A stretch of DNA of 64,000 nucleotides from assembly GCA_020137815.1 (NCBI GenBank), contig CM035351.1, positions 5,580,001 to 5,644,000 of the forward strand, written 5' to 3'. Position numbers and translations under genes: made by a program. The stretch's first letter is position 1. Each line of letters begins with the position of its first letter. The DNA is from Hormiphora californensis. Taxonomy: Eukaryota > Animalia > Ctenophora. Positions 11,601 through 56,771 of this stretch are shown here, in pieces. Under the pieces are notes generated by a model. It made no database searches. It saw only the letters and a program-made list of their open reading frames with translations, and was not told where the DNA came from.

Positions 11601-14600
11601 CCACAGATCATTGCTCTAAATCTGAGTAACGAGCAACTGCTCATTCCCCACAGATCATTGCTCTAAATCTGAGTAACGAGCAACTGCTCATATCCCACAG
11701 ATCATTGCTCTAAATCTGAATAACGAGCAACTGCTCATTCCCCACAGATCATTGCTCTAAATCTGAGTAACGAGCAACTGCTCATTCCCCACAGATCATT
11801 GCTCTAAATCTTAGTAACGAGCAACTGCTCATCCCCCACAGATCATTGCTCTAAATCTGAGTAACGAGCAACTGCTCATTCCCCACAGATCATTGCTCTA
11901 AATCTGAGTCACGAGCAACTGCTCATTCCCCACAGATCATTGCTCTAAATCTGAGTAACGAGCAACTGCTCATTCCCCACAGATCATTGCTCTAAATCTG
12001 AGTAACGAGCAACTGCTCATTCCCCACAGATCATTGCTCTAAATCTGAGTAACGAGCAACTGCTCATCCCCCACAGATCATTGCTCTAAATCTGAGTAAC
12101 GAGCAACTGCTCCTTAACAACGGCACATTCTGGAGGCCCACCGTAGCGAGTGTCAGTGCCCCTACAGATATCCTAAAGATGCTACCCACCCCTGATGCCG
12201 CGGACTGGATTAGTTATCTGAGGGAGAAAGAGGATCACGAGGAGGCAAAGATCAGGTAACAACAGTTGATAGAGATCGGGTAAATGTTGAGCAAATACCA
12301 ACAATACAGTTGATAGAGATCGGGTAAATATTGAGCAGATACCAACAATACAGTTGATAGAGATCGGGTAAATATTGAGCAGATACCAACAATACAGTTG
12401 ATAGAGATCGGGTAAATATTGAGCAGATACCAACAATACAGTTGATAGAGATCGGGTAAATATTGAGCAGGTAACAACAATACAGTTGATAGAGATCGGG
12501 TAAATATTGAGCAGGTAACAACAATACAGTTGATAGAGATCGGGTAAATATTGAGCAAATACCAACAATACAGTTGATAGAGATCGGGTAAATGTTGAGC
12601 AGATCTACCAACAATACAGTTGTTAGAGATCGGGTAAATATTGAGCAGATACCAACAATACAGTTGATAGAGATCGGGTAAATATTGAGCAGATCTACCA
12701 ACAATACAGTTGATAGAGATCGGGTAAATATTGAGCAGATCTACCAACAATACAGTTGTTAGAGATCGGGTAAATATTGAGCAGATACCAACAATACAGT
12801 TGATAGAGATCGGGTCTACTTCAAGTTCATGGGGCAAGAAGGAGTGTTTTGGATAGCTGAACTTGGGCAACAAAGATGAATACATGGTTTTTTTGTTGCT
12901 GCAAAAATTTATCAAAAAGTTTAAATCATGGGTGTACCATGATACATCAAACACACATATTACAAGAATTATTGCTGAAAATCACATCCAAGCCTACAGA
13001 TTCTCTCTCAAACATTTACTCAAAAAGGGCCATCGCCCCATATCTCCTTCTCCATTCACTCTGTAGCTCTCTCTCTCTCTCTCATATCGTTCCCACTGCA
13101 GTTATTAGACCTGATCCACTTCCTCAGCGGATTTGAAGAGGATGTAAGGGGCGTTACCGGTATCTCTCTTTACCATCTCATCAGCACCTATAACAAAAAA
13201 GGGGTGGGGTGTTTGAATTGGTAGTAAATTACTAACGTGATTGGAGAAAATATAAAATCATTTACATATAAATAGAATGATCCCCAAACGTACCTGCTTC
13301 ACTGTCAAATAGAATGTACGGTTGTTGCTGGCTCTTTCCCGATGCAGGGGCACCATCAGTTAGTGATCCGACTAGGACCACTGCCAGGCATGCTGCTATA
13401 ACAACGATTCTGCTCTGCATGGTGCGCTTTGGTGTGTGTTGGGTGTTGTGGTATAGCTTTGCCTGTGGTAGAACTGAGATCTACCCCCGAAAATCGCTCC
13501 TTTTTATATAGCGCCCCCTGAGGGAGAGAGTAAGATAGGGGATGAGGGAGAGAGAGTGAGATCTTTGGCGATTACGAAAAAAACGTAAAAACGCGATACT
13601 AGCTGCACATTTTAAATGGTTTCATTTGTTTGGTGTTTTTCACTAACTAAACACTTTCTTTGTTTCAAGCTAAGTGGTTTTAACCCCCTCTCAGCTCACA
13701 AGGGGATGCTGGGGAGATAAAGGACGGAGTTAACCCTGTGACCCTTTTCAAAGTACTCGACTCCATTCTCACATCTCAATCCCTTCTAATAGGTGAGTTT
13801 GTTTTCCACCAATACTACTTGTTGAGTCCATCCCTTACTCAACAAAGTGGCATCAGGAGATGATATATTTTCACTTTGAGTATGATAAGGAATTGTGATC
13901 AATTTATCCCTACAATTCCGCCAGGTTAACAAGGTCTTTTATGGCATGAATCACAACCAAAAACATGGTGTAAAGATCACTCCTCATTATAACATCGCAC
14001 CCATAAACATGGTGTAAACCATGTACTGTAAACCATGTGTAACTGTGTCCCATTCTGCAGGTGATGGAGGTGTAAACCCTCCACATGTGTAACTGTGTCC
14101 CATTCTGCAGGTGATGGAGGTGTAAACCCTCCACGTGTGTAACTGCACGTCCCATTCTGCAGGTGATGGAGGTGACTTTGTAGGAACTGCTGCCAGGATA
14201 CTGCGACCTAGATCACCCCTCTCGTGGTTAGACCCCGGGGCATTCGGTACACTGGGAGTCGGTGGCGGGTTCGCATTAGGTAAGCAGCAGGAGCCGACCG
14301 ACACAAGTAAACAACCAATCAGAACTCGTCATTTAGGTCACGTGACTGGTTATCAGCCAATCAGGGACCAGTATTTCCTAATTTGGTCGGTTCCTAGTAA
14401 GCAGGGAACAATGTAATACAAGCATGTTGTTATAGCGACTGAAGAAAGAAGATGTTGTCATTACCTCCAATACATTCTGAGCGGCCCGGAGCCGCAGCGG
14501 CTAATTTCTTCAAGAATTTCTAATAGTATATTTCCCCCACCTAGGTGCGAAGAGCGCCAAGCCGTCAGCGGATGTGTGGGTACTGTGGGGTGATGGAAGT

Positions 14601-15280
14601 TGTGCATATAGTATCGCAGAAGTTGAGTCAGCAACCCGTCTCGGTCTTCCATTCATTGCAATTGTCGGTTAGTCAAAACTTTGAATTAATAATAATATTT
14701 CTTTCAATTGGGGGCTGATTAATGTTAAAATTAATGTTAAATTAAATTAGTTAATTAACTATCCTCCATGACGTCCCCCCATCTGATCCCTTATCTTATC
14801 TCCGTGGTTTGCTGAGCCCCTACTTGTTGTTGTCCCCCCTTGCTGTGTAACACAAAACATTTATCTGCAGGTAACGACGGTTCATGGAAGCAGATTGAGC
14901 GGGATCAGGTGAAGATGTTGGGAAGTGATGTGGCATGTAGACTGGATCGTTCCACTGAGTACCACAAAGTTGGTTCTGCGTACGGGGCAATTGGGCTCAA
15001 TATTGGACCGGATGCTACCGAGGAGGACATGAAGGAGGTCCTTATTACCGCCCAGGTTAGATTAATACCGCCACCATTATACCCTTCATCGTTTTGGGAT
15101 TTCAACTTTCTAAAAGGGGGCTGGTACCAACAGGAAAGATCTATAAATTTTTGGGGCTTTATTCCACAGATTTTCTGACACATTTGTTTGTTTCAGGAAG
15201 AATACGGAAAAGGAAGAACGGTCGTCGTCAATGTGGTATTAGGTCGCAGTAAATTTAGGGATGGATCAATATCCGTGTGA
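8004..15280 (+). CDS. ILVBL: 2-hydroxyacyl-CoA lyase 2 / acetolactate-synthase-like protein, 12 exons
   Basis: Exons 8004-8168, 8292-8556, 8636-8818, 8951-9066, 9249-9417, 9642-9796, 12077-12255, ~13694-13792, 14163-14279, ~14545-14667, 14871-15055, 15197-15280. Motifs [82 protein letters not shown]. Confidence 0.93.
9165..9220 (+). repeat. Short dispersed repeat, copy 1 of 3
   Basis: CCTGTYTGGCGCCGCRGACCCCAYCTGAGC...GAATCAAATC recurs at ~30973-31025 (+) and ~22925-22975 (-). Confidence 0.6.
9418..9612 (+). repeat. 30-bp minisatellite x~6.5 starting at a 5' splice site and containing X-box motifs
   Basis: Unit GTATGTGTCACCATGGCAACCCTGTACGTG; its first GT is the ILVBL exon-5 donor. Confidence 0.9.
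9889..10555. mobile_element. Non-autonomous TIR DNA transposon, 667 bp
   Basis: TIR CCCAGTGCCCCGA...TCGGGGCACTGGG; 8-bp TSD CACAAGAC at 9881-9888 and 10556-10563; internal duplication with ~178-bp period. Confidence 0.85.
10659..12112 (+). repeat. 47-bp minisatellite x~31 spanning a 3' splice site and exon start
   Basis: Unit CATTCCCCACAG|ATCATTGCTCTAAATCTGAGTAACGAGCAACTGCT; the last unit continues into the ILVBL exon [21 protein letters not shown]. Confidence 0.93.
12249..12815 (+). repeat. 44-bp minisatellite x~12 starting at a 5' splice site
   Basis: Unit CAG(G/A)TA(A/C)CAACAATACAGTTGATAGAGATCGGGTAAATATTGAG begins at donor AGATCAG|GTAACA (12256). Confidence 0.88.
13105..13420 (-). CDS. 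69-aa secreted neuropeptide-precursor-like protein, 2 exons, nested antisense in an ILVBL intron
   Basis: Exons 13420-13294 and 13187-13105 give [69 protein letters not shown]; phase-1 GTACGT...TTGTTATAG intron; start context GCACC-ATG. Confidence 0.8.
13472..13512 (-). promoter_or_regulatory. TATA box plus Inr-like core promoter of the nested peptide gene
   Basis: Minus strand GCTATATAAAAAGG (TATA ~13510-13503) followed ~33 nt later by TCAGTT, upstream of ATG 13420. Confidence 0.65.
14036..14174 (+). repeat. 50-bp repeat x~2.7 triplicating a 3' splice site
   Basis: Unit TGTGTAACTGTGTCCCATTCTGCAG|GTGATGGAGGTGTAAACCCTCCAC; the last copy continues as [13 protein letters not shown]. Confidence 0.88.
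14288..14396 (+). mobile_element. 109-bp MITE, copy B
   Basis: TIRs; 8-bp TSD GTAAGCAG (14280-14287 and 14397-14404) equals the first 8 nt of an ILVBL intron. Confidence 0.92.
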
Positions 15281-15932
15281 TAATGACATTGACTTTGAGA
15301 TTGTCTTATTTTTGTTACTTTATAGTTTTAGATTACCCTGATCGTTCAGGAGGATTTCTTGATGAAGATGTTCTTCACATTCAGTTTATAATCATTGATT
15401 AAATCAATCGTGTCGGTGAATGATTCACTTTCAGTTCACAATCACACTTCACGCGTTTATTGAAATAACTGAAATGATTATTGGTGTTAACTTATTAAGA
15501 TTTTTCAAACGAATTCTTATTATTTTGTTGAAATGAAGCACATCCTGAATAAATTATTTCTTCATCAAGAAATTCTTGGCGGTCTCATTTTGCACGCGCA
15601 AATAGTACGCCGCGCTATTTGAGTACAATTAGCGCGCGCGCGATCTAATCTCCCAATTTAAAATTTTGGAACCGACCAAACAACTTTTTCACTTTTCACT
15701 TTTGCGTTCAGTCTTGCCGACCTCTGGACTCCTTGCTAGTTGCCATGCGTATAATTATCAGCAGTACAGAAAGAAATCTTGATTTCTTGAAATTCATATT
15801 GTTGCTTTTGCAGTTTGATAAGTTGTCAACCCATTTTAAGATTTGCTAAGACACTGAAATCTGAATTGAACATTCCTCCCTCCTTTCCCAGACCATGGAG
15901 ACTAGATACCAAAATGATAAACAAAGATTGTA

Positions 15933-18111
15933 ATGCGAAAGCTCCTCCTTTTAATTAGTGTTGTTCTCCATACCTCATGTAAGTATTTCGACACTGTTAT
16001 GGTTGAATTATCTTGCTAAATTGCGGCCTACTTTCAGGCGCAACTAAGTGTATCGATCACGATCTTGATGAGCCTGAAAAGGTTGTTAACTGCAAGAACA
16101 GTAACGATGCCTGTAGTGTGGTGTGGATGGGATCCAGTGCTCGAGATGCAAAGATAACACAGCGGGCGTGTTGGACCGAGTCAGAAACATCCGACCCAAA
16201 ATGTCACGTTGGGGCATGCATCCCTGAGAAACTTGAGGTGCGTGTTATACTTGATTTCCCCACTTAATTTTGCGCTCTTTTGTCTTTCAAACTAAATCGT
16301 ATTTTGTTTGCAGACGACCCACAAGTCCACAACCGTCGGCTACTTCTGCTGTTGTAGGGGCGACCTTTGCAACAAAAACCCCGAGGCGATCAAACAACTA
16401 ACCACCACCGATGCTCCTAAATGTAAGCACCTCTCCTACTTAGTTCCTGTTTATGTTTGATATTGTTGCTGCAAGACCTAACATGTTATATTTTAGCAGA
16501 CCCTCGAGTACAGCCAAGAGATAGCTCGCCCCTAATGGAGATTTCTAGTGCCATCCTCCTCTCTGTGGGTCTCGTTGTAACCAGTCTCCTCGTTGTGGCG
16601 GTATTCCTTGTCCTTGTCAGGCGCCGTCGCCAGCGTCACCTCTATCGGGATGTGAGTTGTTTTTAAAGAGTCCCACCACTCCTACTCATCAACCCGTTTA
16701 CCATCGTTTCCCACGCTTATACCTCCTCTTTTTTGCAGCTGGAGGCGACGTCTCGGAGCAGCAAGAAACCCAAATTTGATCTAACGAAACAGCTGTGTGA
16801 GACACACGGCAGGTTTCCTAGTCAGTATTGGATGGGTAACCGCCGCTCTACCACGAGTAACAGCAGTAGCAGTGGAGCGCTGATAGATGATGTACAACTA
16901 ACTGTCCAGACAGTGGACCAAGCCAGTGCGGTACGGTGGGCCAGAGAGGTGGCCCTTCTGGGCTCGGAGATCTCTCTCACGAGCATGTTATTAGTGTGTT
17001 ATGGTGGGGGAAGAAGCATCGGAAAAGTTGGATAGTGTATAACGATGTCTATGTGGGCACACTGACCCATGTGCTAAGGAGTTGTTCACTCTCACTTCTC
17101 CATTTATATACAAAAGGGGGGGGTAAAGGTGAAAATTGGGGAAGAAAAGGGGGGGGGTTTAAGAAAAGGAGAAGGAGGATAGGGGGAAGGAAAAAGGGGG
17201 GAAGAGAAAGAAAAGGAGAAAAAGGAGAAAAGGAGAAAGGAGGGGAGAGGGAGGGAGAGGAGGAGGGGAAGAAGAGAGAGAAAGAGAGTTTTCCCCGGTC
17301 TCCCTCTCTCTCTCCCTTTTCCTCCTCTCGGTGGCCTCTCCTTTTAACCCCAATACAAAAAAAAATAGAATAGCGGGGCGGACCTTTTTTGGTTGCTAAC
17401 TTCCCCGCCGGGGATGCTTTGGGGGGTTTACCGGGGGAAAAACCACAATTTTTTTGAAAAAAGGTTTGGGGCCCCCACTCCAGATATACATCTTTTTATC
17501 AGAAAATTTCATACAAGAAAAAAAAAGAGAGAAAAGAAAACAAAAAATTGGGGTTTTTTGGGTTTTCCCTTAAAGCCGATTGTTTGGGCCCCCCCTTTTT
17601 CTTTTTTCCTTCTCTCTTTTTTATCCCTCCCCCCTCTCTCTCTTCTCTTCCTTTCTCTCTTCCCTTTTTCTCCCTCTCTCTCTTCTCTTTTCCCTTTCCC
17701 TGTCTAAAGTAATTGCCCGTCGGGTTTTTAAACATTCGCATCATATCTCACATCATATCTCACATCATATCTCGCAGTCTGTCAAAACAACCGGTAATTA
17801 ATCTGGCTCACCGCAATTTCACCCCATTAAGCCTAATTGCCCATCTTGCTAACCCATCCCATTTTAAAAACAGTCTCCTAATTCAACCCATTTTAAAAAT
17901 CGTCTCCCAACCCAAATCACTCCAAATATATCCGAGTCTCCTCCCTAACCCCATGATCTCCTCTCTCCAGGATCTCAGAAGGATTTGCTGGCTACTCCAG
18001 TCTGGCTGGAAAGCGGAACCTTCTCAGCGCCTCACAGCACACTGTATTCACAGGCTGATGGGCAACTCAGCAGCCCTGGATGCCATTGCCAGCTACCAAA
18101 CCGAGCCTTAG
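15933..18111 (+). CDS. TGF-beta/activin type II receptor-like protein with degenerate kinase domain; middle part in poor-quality sequence
   Basis: Signal peptide MRKLLLLISVVLHTSC; Cys-rich ectodomain ending YFCCCRGDLCN; TM ISSAILLSVGLVVTSLLVVAVFLVLV-RRRR; GRFPSQYW, WAREVALL, HEHVI, WIVYNDVYVGTL; last exon WKAEPSQRLTAHCI; apparent frameshift in a CT run at ~16970-16980. Confidence 0.8.
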
Positions 18112-18158
18112 ATATCATGGACAGAATAGATAGTGTGTGAGAGAGTGAGAGAGAGTGT

Positions 18159-18206
<48 letters not shown>

Positions 18207-18486
18207 CATAAGTTAGTGTGTTTTTACTCCCCCAGCCTCATATTGTATCGGGTCAATTTTATGTAATATTCACCTCACTGTATTTGTGTCTTAGAGAGTG
18301 CGAGAAAGAGAGATATGGAAATTAATAGAGAGAGAGAGAAGAATATTTAACCTTTTATACACAGCAAATTTGACAGGCTTTTGGTATTTATATGTGGGAC
18401 ATAACGAGTTGATACCAATCCCTCTTGTTTGATTTTGCCAAACTACACTCCACGAATAGTAACCACTGAATCGACAACTGTTCGTC

Positions 18487-18559
18487 GGCCTCGTGGCCTA
18501 ATGGCTAAGGCGTCTGACTTCGAATCAGAAGATTGGGGGTTCGAGTCCCTTCGGGGTCG
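18487..18559 (+). tRNA. tRNA-Arg (anticodon TCG)
   Basis: 73-nt cloverleaf; anticodon arm TCTGA-CTTCGAA-TCAGA; T-loop GGTTCGAGTCC; acceptor stem GGCCTCG/CGGGGTC. Confidence 0.95.
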
Positions 18560-19350
18560 CTGACATTTTGCATTTCTTCTTCCAGGATTTCCAAACTTTG
18601 GTTTTGGAATTTGAAACATTACATCATAACCTTATCGGTGCGGCCAGATGGTGAAAGATTTGATTATTTCTTACGCACTAATCAAAGACAAATGTGAACT
18701 TAGAACTGAGATGATTCAGTAGCTCTACTTTTTCCAAATTCTCTGAGACACTAAGTCTTCTCTCCTGAAACCCTTCTTATTTAACCTACCAAATGCATTT
18801 TCGCTGATCGGGTTTCATTTTCAACCCATACCCAGTCAATTGACTTTCCAACAAAATTCAGTCGAAGTGTTTTGCCTCGGTGCACAGTTCAAATCCCGTT
18901 ACTCGCAGGAGCGCGCGGTCAACATGGTGTAGGGTTGACCGCGCGCGGCCTGTCATCGCGCCACTGTGCCGGGTGTCTGGTAGGCCCTGAGAGACATCCC
19001 ACCGCCTCCCTCTCTCAGTGTGTGACCTCATTAGCAATACTGGAATTACGTAATAATCGCTTATAGCATGCTCTCTGTCATGTGGGAGGTCCTCCCAGGC
19101 GCGGGAGTGATAAGTGGCAATCAGGGATTCAACCAATTAGGGAAATACAGGAGATCGACTCTCTTCTTTACCAGGGCGTGAAATGACAAAGCAACAAGCA
19201 CCAATTATAGAGATGTGAGAATTCCAATCTTCGGAGAGAATTGTATACAACAATATATAATATCACATGCTCTCACACGCTCTCACACGCACTGGAAAAA
19301 TGACAAAAACACTCACTGACTTCATAATTGATAATTAATTACTATCGCTA

Positions 19351-54571
<35,221 letters not shown>

Positions 54572-55160
54572 TGAAAGGAGTAGGGTGTTGTGAACCTCCC
54601 GTTCTTTCAGGGGATATTTCATCAAGAGATTGGGGCCTAGGGGGTATGTAAAATCCCGGATAACCCGGATAATAGGTATTTTCAGGATAGCCTAGAGGAT
54701 AATCCGGGATATCTGGGCTCAATTATCTGATCTATCCGGGCTATGTGAGCTATCTGGGTTATCCGGGAGAAGAAATTCTTGAGAATTGTTTGAGAAAATG
54801 GAAGGTTAGAGAAATGGGAGAAAGATGGAAAAATATCGGTTAGGGAGATCTATCTGATGAAAATCACAGCAAAACGCTGAAAGAGAAAGAAAGAAAGAGA
54901 GATGGATTATATAGTGAGAGAGAACTGACAAAGCGAAAAAGAAAAAGGAGGGTTGGTTAGAGAGATAAAGCGTGTGCCGAAGATGAGCGAAGGCAGACCT
55001 TGAGTAGTTGTTATACCCGTGGCCAACAGATCACATGACACTGACCAGATCACGTGACCTGCCACCATGCTCAGGACACAGTTATATACCATCATCACAA
55101 TTCTACCTCCGCCCTCCCACCTCGCCTCTCCATCCTGTTTGTTTTGTCTTCCTCTGTGGC

Positions 55161-56060
55161 ATGTACCTATCCTCAAAGGATGCCAATACCACCGGAACTG
55201 CAATCCATTGTGATCCCACCCTTCTCAATCTCAATCAGGTCAACTTCCAACCTACCCTCACCCAGCTAGTCCGGTGGGGCATACAAGCTAATGAGGAGCC
55301 TGAACCCGCCATCTGGCCCTCCTCATGGCCCACCACGGACCCTGTTGAAGTGGAGCACTACCCATCCACCGACACAACCCCGGCATCCTACTTCCCTGAT
55401 ATTGACTTCCAGGGGTACAGAGAACCAATTGAGAACCTGTTCCGATCTCCCGGAGTAGGACTATCCCATCCTACACCCCATTTGGACCACAAGTTCTCCC
55501 TCCATCGTCTCCTTGGGCTTGATCCGGTAACAACCGCCGCGGTAATGGCTCCTCGACCTCCACCACCCCAGCCCGCTCCTAAACCACGCCGACGGCAGCC
55601 GGGTATTATTAAGAGGAAGTACGTGCGAAGAATGACGAAAGAAGAGCAGATTGAAAAGGGAAACAACTTGTGGCAGTTTCTAATGAGGCTCCTGCAGAGT
55701 CGGGCGGATGTTGTCCACTGGACGGGCAAGGATTTGGAGTTTAGGATTGTCAACAAGGAGGAGATCGCCAGACAGTGGGGCCTCATCAAGAACAGGGAAC
55801 GGATGAATTTCGATAAGTTTTCCCGGGCACTTCGATACTACTACAACAAGCGTATCCTGATTCACAATCCTCAGTGTCGGCTGACGTATTGCTTCATGCG
55901 GAACCCGGGGGAGGGGGTATTTAGTGAAATGTTGCAGAGAGCCATGAGGACCATTCCGGGGGATGGGATCTGCAGTGCCTACTGCAGTAACACAACTCAC
56001 CAACACGAGATACAGTATGCACGGAGGAAAGTTAGAATTAGAAGTAGTGCCAACCAATAA
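55161..56060 (+). CDS. ETS-domain transcription factor, intronless CDS
   Basis: LWQFLMRLL...VHWTG...EFRIVNKEEIARQWGLIKNRERMNFDKFSRALRYYY; first in-frame ATG at 55161; AATAAA at 56211. Confidence 0.92.
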   Translation: MYLSSKDANTTGTAIHCDPTLLNLNQVNFQPTLTQLVRWGIQANEEPEPAIWPSSWPTTDPVEVEHYPSTDTTPASYFPDIDFQGYREPIENLFRSPGVGLSHPTPHLDHKFSLHRLLGLDPVTTAAVMAPRPPPPQPAPKPRRRQPGIIKRKYVRRMTKEEQIEKGNNLWQFLMRLLQSRADVVHWTGKDLEFRIVNKEEIARQWGLIKNRERMNFDKFSRALRYYYNKRILIHNPQCRLTYCFMRNPGEGVFSEMLQRAMRTIPGDGICSAYCSNTTHQHEIQYARRKVRIRSSANQ

Positions 56061-56618
56061 AGGATAATGATTTGGACTTACTGTTAGGAGGGATGACTCC
56101 ATGTTTTCTAGAGGAGTATAATTATCATTGCTTTGTATTGCTACTAATGGTTGTGTTTTGTTAGAATTGGTAAAATTGAGTTTAAAATACATAAAAAACA
56201 GTGTCATGTTAATAAATCAAAAGTTTACTTAACACCGGATATGTGTGTGTAATATATATGATTAGTTTAGAGGACAGGCTAGTAATCAACCATACTGACA
56301 GCCACTAATTCCAGAACAAACGCAACTCGACAGACTCTATGACTGATGCCATAGGTTCCCCCATTTCGTCAAAATCGAGAAAGGGGGAGCTTAGCGCCAT
56401 AGTTACCCATATATGCGGTTTACTCAGCGTGTGGCTAAGACCTAAGTAACCAACAACAAAAAAAACTAATATACAAGGTAGTATCAGGAAACAGGAAGGT
56501 TGGTGCATCTTAAGTTACTGTGCCAACCTTGAAGGGCTGGTGTCACCGTCCCCCAGTGGCCCCCACTCCAAGCATCTTAAGTTACAAAAACTCTTTCTCC
56601 ACTCCAGCGGTTTAGAAA

Positions 56619-56771
56619 CAGTGGTGTTCGTCATATTGGCCACCCGCAGAGCACCGCCCACAGCGTGGTCCACGACGTCACAGACGCAGTCCGCTAACAT
56701 TGTTTGTTTTTTCGCACGTTTTGGACGTCGTGTACCACGCTGAGGGTGGCCAATATGACGGAGCACCACTG
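56619..56771. mobile_element. Degenerate palindromic MITE
   Basis: CAGTGGTGTTCGTCATATTGGCCACCC inverted against GGGTGGCCAATATGACGGAGCACCACTG, with a further inner inverted arm; no clear TSD. Confidence 0.6.

Noticed and set aside
10659-12112. Regular arrays here and at 632, 20908, 32498 and 41448 resemble CRISPR arrays
   Set aside because: Head-to-tail units with no unique spacers, eukaryotic context, no cas genes
16965-16985. Frameshift in the receptor kinase exon as programmed frameshifting or pseudogenisation
   Set aside because: Lies in a CT dinucleotide run next to the poor-quality block; sequencing error is more likely
17100-17900. Homopolymer-rich Lys/Gly/Phe ORFs interrupting the receptor gene
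   Set aside because: Pattern typical of low-quality read ends or gap fill; treated as an artefact
18858-19136. 92-aa minus-strand ORF, or telomerase RNA
   Set aside because: No ATG start or recognisable motif; no CTAACCCT-type template
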